The position numbers and the translations under genes are program-made. Below the pieces are notes generated by a model that was not told where the DNA came from, did no database searches, and saw nothing but the letters and a program-made list of their open reading frames with translations. Shown piece by piece: positions 39,984 to 48,960 of a stretch of DNA of 64,000 nt (position 1 is the first letter of the stretch; every line of letters starts with the position of its first letter). Source of the DNA: Candidatus Spongiisociaceae bacterium (GTDB taxonomy: Bacteria > Actinomycetota > Acidimicrobiia > Spongiisociales > Spongiisociaceae); contig OZ241841.1 in assembly GCA_965202665.1 (NCBI GenBank), forward strand, positions 2,560,001 through 2,624,000, in the 5' to 3' direction.

Positions 39984-40571
39984 ATGGATGGCGGCAAGGC
40001 GTTGGAGCAGGTGCTCCAAACGTTGCAGCTTTTTATTCCGGCGACTGGTATCGGCGCGCCGGTGGTGTTGCTGATGGTCGGATGGTATTACTCTTTCCTC
40101 GACCGGGGTGGCCAAGCCCCAAGGATCGATTTCCGTAAGCTGGTTCGGCGAGGATTCGGGATGCTGGCCATCGGTGTTGTGTTTCCTATCGGCCTTTCCA
40201 GCGCCGAGTTCTGGCTAACAGGGCCCGCATCCCGGTATTCCCCAGCGACCTTGGCCGTTATCGGAAACTTTGCGGTGACGGCGATGTTGATTGGGATATT
40301 CGTGCTGATATTATCCGCCGTCAGGGTGTTCCGTGCGTCGCCGCCCGGGAAGAGTGCGCTTGAAGACGAGAAGGCGTTGGTGTTGTCGGATTACCAAGAA
40401 GGCCTCATCGCTAAATTTTCAGGCATTTCGCCAAAAGCTTCCAAACCCGAGGAATCCTCCGGCGGGGGGCAAGCTGTCAGCGTTGAGGATTTCAGAGCTT
40501 CGCAGATGTGGCCCGGTTCTCCAGATGCCGACGGATCGCCTGGGGACGGAGAGTCCGAATTTCACGACTAG
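39984..40571 (+). CDS. Hypothetical ~3-TM membrane protein with a polar C-terminal tail
   Basis: Three hydrophobic segments; starts 25 nt after the preceding ORF. Confidence 0.7.
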   Translation: MDGGKALEQVLQTLQLFIPATGIGAPVVLLMVGWYYSFLDRGGQAPRIDFRKLVRRGFGMLAIGVVFPIGLSSAEFWLTGPASRYSPATLAVIGNFAVTAMLIGIFVLILSAVRVFRASPPGKSALEDEKALVLSDYQEGLIAKFSGISPKASKPEESSGGGQAVSVEDFRASQMWPGSPDADGSPGDGESEFHD

Positions 40572-40588
40572 CCAATACTGGGGTTTTA

Positions 40589-40882
40589 TTAAGTGGATTG
40601 CGTGAAGAGGGCATTTTCCACACGCACCGAGGCGGACACCTGTTCGGGTGCTCCGCCGGTGTCAATCACAAGATGCCAGCGGCCCGCGGACGGGATCGGT
40701 ATATGACAGGGCGAGGCGGTGACATGTCCGCCATAGTACCGGTGCCGCCGTCCCCGCCGATATTCATTTAGGTTGTGGTCATCCATCAGTCGAACGTTCG
40801 CCTCGCCAGAAAGGTCCACTACCACCATCCTCCCGGCCTCTTGATGTCCCAGATCGTAATGTGAAAACTTCATAATCCGCAT
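40589..40882 (-). CDS. DUF1883 domain protein
   Basis: 'KFSHYDLG...VVVDLSGEANVRLMD..N...YRRGRRHRYYGG....SP..IPIPS.G.WH' matches the DUF1883 pattern as I recall it; GGGAGG RBS. Confidence 0.8.
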   Translation of the reverse strand: MRIMKFSHYDLGHQEAGRMVVVDLSGEANVRLMDDHNLNEYRRGRRHRYYGGHVTASPCHIPIPSAGRWHLVIDTGGAPEQVSASVRVENALFTQST

Positions 40883-41001
40883 GGTACCCTCCCCGATGCC
40901 CGCCCGCGGGGGGATTGCGTTTTTTGGAAGTGCGTCTGACGCGGGCAAGCGGTTGCGGGTTGCTCCCCGGGGCTTCGCGCCGCACGGCTGGATCTGATGC
41001 G

Positions 41002-41244
41002 TTACGCCGGGTGTATGCGGGATTTGGGCGTTATCAAGCCCCCTTCTTCGTCGAAACTGTATCCGGGGGGCAGATTGTCCAGCAAGGCATCCATACGCTG
41101 GCTGCGTAGGTCGTCGAATTCGCCGGCCGCGAAACGGGCGGCCAGCTCTTCCAGGGACTCAAGCCCTTCGTAGATGCCGTCCAATTCCCCGGGCTGGTCT
41201 TGATGATGGGAGGTGACTGATTTCATGCGCATCACCCTAAACAC
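41002..41244 (-). CDS. Small acidic hypothetical protein
   Basis: 80-aa ORF with an AAGGAATGAG-like RBS; no family recognised. Confidence 0.5.
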   Translation of the reverse strand: MFRVMRMKSVTSHHQDQPGELDGIYEGLESLEELAARFAAGEFDDLRSQRMDALLDNLPPGYSFDEEGGLITPKSRIHPA

Positions 41245-41468
41245 TCATTCCTTCTGCTAGCCGTCGTTTTCAACATCGACGGCGGCGAACCCGCCTGAGA
41301 CGTCGGTGCTGGCCAGGGCAATGCGGCTTTGACCAGGCGAAATGCCCTTTGGAGTCCCGCACGATCAGCCCGCCGACCTTGGTCCAAGTATCTATGGAAC
41401 CGGTTTAGAGTAACAGGGCGATCGCCTGGCGGGGTAACCGTCGGGGTAGTCAGGGAAAGGAGGAACGG

Positions 41469-41852
41469 ATGGCCGTCGAACGGAAAAACCGCTTTCTTAT
41501 CACCTCTGAGGCGGCTTGGTTCACGTTGTGGACGGAAGGCGTGTTTCGGGGCAACGGGCAGTTGAACCCGTTGATAACGGGATGGGAGACCCCCCGTACT
41601 ATGGAAGCGGCCGATGTATACGCGGCCGCCGCGGACGTGATGAGCGGTCAGGCGGCGGGGAAGCCCACCGTGCTGGGCAAGGAAAAGTACGGGCAGGTGG
41701 AATGGTTCGCCCTGTATACCGACCCGAAGATGATCAGGCTGATCTGCCAACATCCATACGAACGCGTCCGGCACTTGCGGTTGCTGGACACCTCCAAAGG
41801 GAAACGTCCGAAACTCCTGTTGCAGTGGCAAGTCCAGGTCATAGACCGATAG
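41469..41852 (+). CDS. Hypothetical soluble protein; paralog of 39536-39958
   Basis: AAAGGAGG RBS; full-length similarity to 39536-39958. Confidence 0.75.
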   Translation: MAVERKNRFLITSEAAWFTLWTEGVFRGNGQLNPLITGWETPRTMEAADVYAAAADVMSGQAAGKPTVLGKEKYGQVEWFALYTDPKMIRLICQHPYERVRHLRLLDTSKGKRPKLLLQWQVQVIDR

Positions 41853-41880
41853 CGGGCGGCGGGTACGGAGGGAGGCGGAT

Positions 41881-42375
41881 ATGACCGCGGGGGAGTATTT
41901 GACGTTGGCGATGCAAGGCTTGCTGACCGTGGACACCATCCTGGCAGTGGGGGTGGTGGCCTGGTTGCAGTTGGAGCAGATCAGGGTGGCGGCCGTCCAT
42001 CCATCGCGCCGCATCTGGGCGGAGGTGAAATGGTGCGTGCTATGGCTGATCGCGACGGCGGTCGGAGCGCCGTTGCTGGTGCTCATCGCCTGGAGGCCGG
42101 TGGAGGTCTTGTTTCTGGCGGCGGTTCCGGGCGGAATACCCGGATGGTTGTCATGGCTGTTGGTAGCCGCCATACCCTGCGCCGTAGTGGGCGGGGCCCT
42201 GCATAGGGGCGACCGTTTGTGGAGAGAGGTGCTACAGGTTCGGCACGAGGCGGGCTTCGGCGGAGTAATCACTGTCAACATCTCGTCGGGTGACGATGAT
42301 TCAAAAGTGGAATACCCTTCGTCGGATGATCCTCGGTCTTATAACTCCCCATCGTCTGCTAGCATGGAAAAATGA
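41881..42375 (+). CDS. Hypothetical ~3-TM membrane protein with a polar C-terminal tail
   Basis: GGAGG RBS; hydrophobic segments; Ser/Asp-rich tail. Confidence 0.7.
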   Translation: MTAGEYLTLAMQGLLTVDTILAVGVVAWLQLEQIRVAAVHPSRRIWAEVKWCVLWLIATAVGAPLLVLIAWRPVEVLFLAAVPGGIPGWLSWLLVAAIPCAVVGGALHRGDRLWREVLQVRHEAGFGGVITVNISSGDDDSKVEYPSSDDPRSYNSPSSASMEK

Positions 42376-42593
42376 TCGAAACGAAGGATAGGATTTTTTA
42401 TTTGACCGCCTGCACTAACTGCGGGGTGGCGGTTTCCCACGCACGGGTGCCGGACGACCCCGAGTGGGCCAACGCCAAGGCGTTCTGCCCCGAATGTAGT
42501 GCCGATCGCCGCCCCGTTCCCAGCGACGACGGGGCATCGAGCAACGGAATGCCCAAAAACCTCTCCGAACCAGAGCGGGTTCCCGTCGGGTAG
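42372..42593 (+). CDS. Small zinc-ribbon protein (CxxC...CxxC)
   Basis: 'CTNC' and 'CPEC'; ATGA overlap with the upstream gene. Confidence 0.6.
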   Translation: MIETKDRIFYLTACTNCGVAVSHARVPDDPEWANAKAFCPECSADRRPVPSDDGASSNGMPKNLSEPERVPVG

Positions 42594-42685
42594 GTCCCGT
42601 ATCGCCCGGGGGACGTACATACGTGGGTTCTCCTTTCTAATTCTGTCGCACCGGTGTGGTAGAAATATGGTTATGGGATGTTCCT

Positions 42686-45600
42686 ATGCTGCTTAGCGAG
42701 ATCAAGCCGGGTATGCGGTTGGCGGGGGTGCGGGCCGACGGGCCGGTGGAGGTGGTGGCCTTCGATTTGATCGACGACCGGATGGGGACGCTGGTTTACC
42801 GGGCCTTTGACGACGCATTGGGGCAACGGCTGGTGTCCGCTGAGGACGCCCTCCGGTTTTCAGAAGCCTCCGACCGGCGGTGGACGTTCGACGCCGACGG
42901 CGACCTGTTCCGGCTGGCCTCCGAGGCGCGGCGCATCGGGCTGGCCCACCTGTTCGACCCGTTCGCCGCCGTGGACGCCTCCGGCATCGACCCGTTGCCC
43001 CACCAGATCGAGGCCGTCTACCAGAAACTGCTGCCCCTCCAGCCTCTGGCTTTTCTGCTGGCCGACGATCCGGGGGCCGGCAAAACCATCATGTCCGGCC
43101 TTTACATCCGGGAGTTGATGTTGCGGGGCGCCCTGTTCCGTTGCCTGGTGGTGGCCCCCGGTTCGCTGGTGGAGCAGTGGCAGGAGGAGTTGCACGACAA
43201 GTTCAACCTGCGTTTTGAGATTTTCACCCGGGAGATGGTGGAGGCGACCCTCTCCGCCAACCCGTTCCTGGAAAAAGACCTGCTCATCGCCCGCTTGGAC
43301 CAGTTGGCCCGCAACGAGGACCTGCAGGCGAAACTGGAACAGGCCTCGCAGAGCAAAGAATGGGATCTGGTGATAGTGGACGAAGCCCACAAAATGTCCG
43401 CCCACCAGTACGGACCGGACCTGAGAAAGACCAAGCGGTTCCAGTTGGGGGAAAAACTGCGGGATCAGGCCCGCAACCTGCTGTTGCTCACCGCCACCCC
43501 CCACAACGGCAAAGACGAGGATTTCTTCGCTTTTATGACCTTGCTGGACCCGGACCGGTTCGCGGGCCGCCGCCGTCCCAACAGCCCCCCGCCGGAATAC
43601 GATGATCTTCTAAGCCGCAACAGCAAAGAGAAACTGCTCACCTTCGACGGGAAAAAGCTGTTCCCGGAGCGCCGGGCGGAAACCCTGGCCTACGACCTAA
43701 GCGACCCGGAGCAAAAACTTTACGAAGAGGTTACCGATTATGTCCGCCACGGAATGAACCGGGCCGACCAGCTCCGGGAGCAGAACGACCGCCGGGGGTT
43801 CGTCATCGGCTTCGCCCTGGTCGGCCTGCAACGGCGTCTGGCATCCTCCCCGGAGGCCATCTACCAGTCGCTTCGCAGGCGCCGGGAGCGCGTGGAGAAA
43901 AGGCTGGCGGAAATCCGCAACCCGTCCGTCCGGGAGGAGGCTCGTCCTCCCCAGCCCCGCCTCGGCCTGAACAGGTTGCCGGACAGCCTGGAAGAGTTCG
44001 ACCCGGACGAATTCGACGAGGACGACTTTGAGCGATGGGAGAACCAAGGGGTGGAGGAAGCGGCGGTCGATTTGGCCGACCCGGAAGAGCTGGAAAAAGA
44101 GATAAGGCAACTGAGAGGGTTGGAAGATATGGCCAACCGGGTGCGAAAATCGGGCAAGGACAGCAAATGGAACCAGCTGGCCGACTTTCTGGATTCGGAG
44201 GATTTCAAAGGCGGCGACCCGCCCCGCAAACTGATCGTGTTCACCGAACATAAAGACACCCTCCATTACCTGACCGCGAAAATTCAAACCAGGCTGGGCC
44301 GGACGGAGGCGGTGGAAAACATCCACGGCGGGATGAAACGGGAGGATCGCCGCCGCGTCCAAGACCGCTTCCGCAACGACCCGCGGGCGAGGGTGCTGGT
44401 GGCCACCGACGCCGCCGGGGAAGGCGTGAACCTGCAACGGGCCAACCTGATGGTCAACTACGACCTGCCTTGGAACCCGAACCGGATCGAGCAACGCTTC
44501 GGGCGCATCCACCGCATCGGCCAGACCGAAGTGTGCCATCTGTGGAACCTGGTGGCCCTTTCCACCCGGGAAGGCCAAGTGTTCGAACGGCTTTTGCAGA
44601 AGTTGGAGAACCAACGGGAGGCTTTGGGCGACGAAGTGTACGACGTGTTGGGCGACCCGCAGATCAACCAGTCCCTTCAAAAAGCCCTGTTGGATGCGAT
44701 ACGCTACGGCGCCCAACCGCATGTCAAGGCGCAAATCGAGATGGTGGTCGACGCCGAAATCGGGGACCGGGTTAAAGAACTGGTGCAACAGCGGGCGTTG
44801 GCGGGGGAGGTGATGTCGGCCGCCGAACTGGAGGAGATACGCCAGCAGATGGAACTGGCCAAAGCCCGCAAACTGTCCCCCGGCTTCGTGCAGTCGTTCT
44901 TCGCCGAAGGTTTGGATCGGATGAAGGGGAGAATGGCGGGCCGGGATCGGGGCCGGTTTGAAATCACTCGCGTTCCCGCCCGGTTGCGCCTCCAACATCA
45001 GGCGAAAGGCCCCATCCACGACCGCTACGAACGGGTGACTTTCGACAAGGATTTGGTGGAAGGCGAAGCCGGAAAACCGCGGGCCGAATTGATCGCCCCC
45101 GGCCATCCGTTGCTGGCCGCCCTGATGGAAGAAGTTTTGGGCGAGTACGGCCATATGCTGGCGGCGGGGGCGACGCTGGTGGACGAATCCGATCCCGGCG
45201 TCGAACCCCGGACGCTCATCTACCTGGATCATAAAATCACCGACGGGCGGTTCGACTCCCGCGGCCATCCGGAGACGGCTTCCCGCAAATTCCAATATGC
45301 GGAAGTGGACCGCAACGGGAATGTCAGCGACCCCACCGCCGAGCCCTATCTAAACTATCGGGCGCTGACCGGAGAGGAGCCGGAGCTGGTGGCGGCGCAA
45401 GTGGATCATTCCTGGGCGGATGCGGAGGTAGAACGGGTGGCCAAAAATTGGGCGATCGCCAACCTGGCTACACCGCATCTGAAGCAGACTTCGAAGTTGA
45501 CAAAGGCGCGGGTGGATCGGGTGCGGCGGGCGGTGAAGCAGCGGCTCAATTCGGAAATAAGATTCTGGGACCGCCAGGCCAGCAAATTTAAGGAGCAGGA

Positions 45601-46195
45601 ACTGCGGGGGAAGAAACCAAAACGCACTTCCGGCTACGCCCGGCAACGGGCCGACGAGTTGGCGGGCCGCCGGGACAACCGGTTGCGGGAACTGGAGGCG
45701 GAGGCCGAACTGGTCAATCATCCGCCGACGGTGGCAGCGGCAGCCCTGGTGATACCGCAGGGCCTGTTGGACGAGTTGAACGGGACGCAGCCGTCTTTGA
45801 CTCCGGGGGAGACGGAGGAAACCGACCGCCGGGCGGTGGCGGCGGTGCTGGCGGCGGAACGCCGGTTGGGGAGGGAGCCGCAGGAAATGGAGCACAACAA
45901 TCCGGGATTCGACATTATGTCCCGCGCTCCGGACGGGTTCTGCTTCTACATCGAGGTGAAAGGCCACAAACCGACCACCCCGGAAATCAAAGTAAGCAAA
46001 GTGCAGGTGCAACAAGGCCAGCACCACCCGGACCGGTTCCGCCTAGCGGTAGTGGAAGTGCCGGAGGACCCGGAGGGCGAACCGAAAGTGTCCTACCTGC
46101 TAAAGCCGTTCGACGGCTACGACCTCCATTTCGCCCAAGCCAGCCTCCCCCTGAAAGTATCCGACCTAATGACCCAAGCAGTAAACCCCCAATGA
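42686..46195 (+). CDS. SNF2-family helicase with C-terminal DUF3883-type nuclease domain
   Basis: 'LADDPGAGKT', 'DEAH', 'LTATPHNG', 'NPNRIEQRFGRIHRIGQ'; C-terminal 'NNPGFDIMS...YIEVKG'. Confidence 0.92.
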   Translation: MLLSEIKPGMRLAGVRADGPVEVVAFDLIDDRMGTLVYRAFDDALGQRLVSAEDALRFSEASDRRWTFDADGDLFRLASEARRIGLAHLFDPFAAVDASGIDPLPHQIEAVYQKLLPLQPLAFLLADDPGAGKTIMSGLYIRELMLRGALFRCLVVAPGSLVEQWQEELHDKFNLRFEIFTREMVEATLSANPFLEKDLLIARLDQLARNEDLQAKLEQASQSKEWDLVIVDEAHKMSAHQYGPDLRKTKRFQLGEKLRDQARNLLLLTATPHNGKDEDFFAFMTLLDPDRFAGRRRPNSPPPEYDDLLSRNSKEKLLTFDGKKLFPERRAETLAYDLSDPEQKLYEEVTDYVRHGMNRADQLREQNDRRGFVIGFALVGLQRRLASSPEAIYQSLRRRRERVEKRLAEIRNPSVREEARPPQPRLGLNRLPDSLEEFDPDEFDEDDFERWENQGVEEAAVDLADPEELEKEIRQLRGLEDMANRVRKSGKDSKWNQLADFLDSEDFKGGDPPRKLIVFTEHKDTLHYLTAKIQTRLGRTEAVENIHGGMKREDRRRVQDRFRNDPRARVLVATDAAGEGVNLQRANLMVNYDLPWNPNRIEQRFGRIHRIGQTEVCHLWNLVALSTREGQVFERLLQKLENQREALGDEVYDVLGDPQINQSLQKALLDAIRYGAQPHVKAQIEMVVDAEIGDRVKELVQQRALAGEVMSAAELEEIRQQMELAKARKLSPGFVQSFFAEGLDRMKGRMAGRDRGRFEITRVPARLRLQHQAKGPIHDRYERVTFDKDLVEGEAGKPRAELIAPGHPLLAALMEEVLGEYGHMLAAGATLVDESDPGVEPRTLIYLDHKITDGRFDSRGHPETASRKFQYAEVDRNGNVSDPTAEPYLNYRALTGEEPELVAAQVDHSWADAEVERVAKNWAIANLATPHLKQTSKLTKARVDRVRRAVKQRLNSEIRFWDRQASKFKEQELRGKKPKRTSGYARQRADELAGRRDNRLRELEAEAELVNHPPTVAAAALVIPQGLLDELNGTQPSLTPGETEETDRRAVAAVLAAERRLGREPQEMEHNNPGFDIMSRAPDGFCFYIEVKGHKPTTPEIKVSKVQVQQGQHHPDRFRLAVVEVPEDPEGEPKVSYLLKPFDGYDLHFAQASLPLKVSDLMTQAVNPQ

Positions 46196-48938
46196 CCGCC
46201 CCCCCCCCCCATATCACCCCAAACTCATAGAGGTAGCACTCCCGTTGGATGTCATAAGCCGGGAGTCGGTTCGGGAGAAGAGGATACGGCATGGTCATCC
46301 ATCCACGTTGCATTTGTGGTGGGCGAGACGACCCTTAGCGGCTGCCCGTGCCGTTTTGTGGGCATCTCTAGTTGACGATCCCTCTGCCCACCTTGATATT
46401 TTCCCTACCGAAAAGGAACAGGCCAAAGAAAGGAAGCGGCTATTTGGTATATTAGAAAGGCTTGTTGTATGGGAAAACCTCCAAGACGAACAGTTGTTGT
46501 TTGAAGCGCGGGTCGAAATAGAGAGGTCGTGTAATGGCGATTTACCAAATGTATTAGATCCTTTTTGCGGAGGCGGTTCTATTCCTTTGGAGGCGAGTCG
46601 TTTGGGGTTACCTGCTTATGGGGGTGATTTGAATCCTGTACCCATTCTCATTACAAAAGCTTTAGTAGAAATACCTCCTCGGTTTGCAGGCAAACCACCA
46701 ATTAATCCTGAAAGTAGGATAGGCTCAAGTTTGAAGACTTGGAAAGGCTCGCAAGGATTAGCTGATGATATTCGGTTTTATGGTGATGTGCTTAAGAAAA
46801 AGGCATGGAAAATATTAGGAAAATTATATCCGAGTGTTGCGTTGCCAAAAGAAAAGGGAGGGGGACTAGTTGAACCTATTGCTTGGTTATGGGCTAGAAC
46901 AGTTGAATCTCCTGATCTATTTTGGAAAGGGTATATACCATTGTTAAAAAATGGCATACTTCGACAGGCTCGTAAAAATAAACCAGTAATTTGGGTAGAA
47001 CCAATCATCAATAACACTACTCAAACTGTGATATATAAAGTTAGAGAAGATGGAATACCTAATGAAGTAACCGTTAGGCGATGCATAGCCACTGGCGCAC
47101 CTCTTGAATTTAGGTATCTACGTCAGCAAGGTCAAAAAGGTCTAATAAAGCAGGCAATGATAGGGGTTGTTGCTAAACAAGGCAGAGGTCGTATTTATCT
47201 GGATCCTGTGGATTTACCTGATATTCCAGAACCAGTTTGGAAACCTGATTTTCCTCTCCCTCCCAAAGCATTGGGGTTTCGAGTTCAGGGTTATGGAATG
47301 AAAAAATGGAGTGATCTATTCACAAAACGCCAATTAAACGCTCTTTCTACCTTTTCTCATTGCTTGTCAAACATAAGAACAATGTTGGAACATGACGCTA
47401 TTGAGGCAGGATTATATGATGATAAGACCCGTCTAAGGGACGGCGGTTCAGGGGTTACTGCATATGCCGACGCGATCATTACTTACTTGGCTTTTGCTAT
47501 TGATAGATGTGTAGCTCGTGGATCCTCTCTATGTATATGGCAATCTGCGAATGAGTCAATTGGACAAGTATTTGGGCGACAAGCTCTTGCTATGGTTTGG
47601 GACTTTGCCGAGAGTAATCCTTTTTCGTCTTCAACCGGTAATTGGAGCAGTAATGTGGAGTGGGTAGCAAAAGCAGTAGCGCAAGTTCCATCTATACAGG
47701 AAGGTGTGATAACAAAAGGTAACGCATTGGAAAGATTGGGGGAGGTAGAGGCACCCTTGATATGTACGGACCCTCCATATTATGATAATGTTCCCTATGC
47801 AGATTTATCGGACTTTTTTTATGTGTGGTTGCGTCACAATTTATCAGATGTATGGCCGGAAGAATGTTCGACAATACTAACTCCAAAAAAGGAAGAGTTG
47901 ATAGCAGATCCAGATCGTGCAGGATCAAAGGATGCGGCCGAGGAACATTTTGAAATGGGAATGGCATCTGTCATGTCTGAAATATCTCGAGTACATAATC
48001 CTGATTTTCCTGCTACCATTTTTTATGCATTCAAACAACAAGAAACTAAAGAAGGTGCTACTGTATCAACCGGTTGGGAAACATTTTTACAAGGGTTAGT
48101 AGATGCACAATTACAGATAACAGCCACCTGGCCAATACGTACTGAAATGCAAGGACGTTTACGGGCTACTGAATCGGCGGCATTGGCATCTTCAGTTGTG
48201 ATCGCCTGTCGTCGTCGTCAAAAAGAGGTACCGATGGAAACACGGGGTGGGTTTATATCCGCTCTTCACAATGAACTTCCTAGTGCCATTCAACTGTTGC
48301 AGGAGCAGAATATTGCCCCGGTTGATATGGCACAGTCGGCTATCGGACCGGGGATGAGAATTTTCTCTCGGTATTCCAAAGTGGTGGAGGCTGACGGGTC
48401 GTCTATGTCGGTTCATGTTGCCCTGGCTCATATCAACGAGGTGTTGGGGGAAGTGTTGTCCGAGGAGGGGGCCGAGTTGGACGCCGACAGTCAGTTTGCT
48501 CTTACCTGGTATGAGCAGTTTGGATATGAACCGGCGCCTTTTGGCGACGCTGATGTGCTAGCCAGGGCTAAGGTGACGGCTGTGTCTGGTGTAGTAGAGG
48601 CGGGAATCGCCGAGTCGCGGGGCAACAAGGTGCGGCTTCTGCGACGGGAGGAACTGGAAGATGACTGGTCGCCGGTGGAGGACAAGCGACGCACCGACTG
48701 GGAGGCAGTGCAACACTTGGTTCGTCTGCTGGACCGTTCGGAGCCAGAAGCGGCCGGTCTGCTGAGGCAGTTGGGCGATTTGGCGGATCGGGCTCGGCAG
48801 TTAGCCTATTTGCTGTATGCGGTGTGCGATAAGAAGGGCTGGTCGGAGGAGGCAGTAGCATACAATGGCCTGATCGCCGTATGGCCGGAACTTGTACGTT
48901 TGTCGGGTACCTCTGCGGCTCGGCAACAAAAGCTATAG
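46192..48938 (+). CDS. DUF1156 family adenine DNA methyltransferase; native start out of frame at a C12 tract (longest open frame starts at TTG 46245)
   Basis: 'KLIEVALPLD', 'RHGHPSTLHLWWARRPLAAARA', SAM motif 'DPFCGGGSIP', catalytic 'TDPPYYD'; ATG 46192 overlaps the helicase stop. Confidence 0.9.
46199..46210 (+). repeat. C12 homopolymer at the methyltransferase 5' end
   Basis: ATGACCG followed by 12 C, then ATATCACCCCAAACTC. Confidence 0.9.
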
Positions 48939-48960
48939 AACTAGAAAGGGAGTAAAGCCG

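Noticed and set aside
41232-42281. 349-aa minus-strand ORF as a real gene
   Set aside because: It overlaps two plus-strand ORFs with strong RBSs and paralog support. Only its last ~60 codons could be a remnant, which I cannot support.
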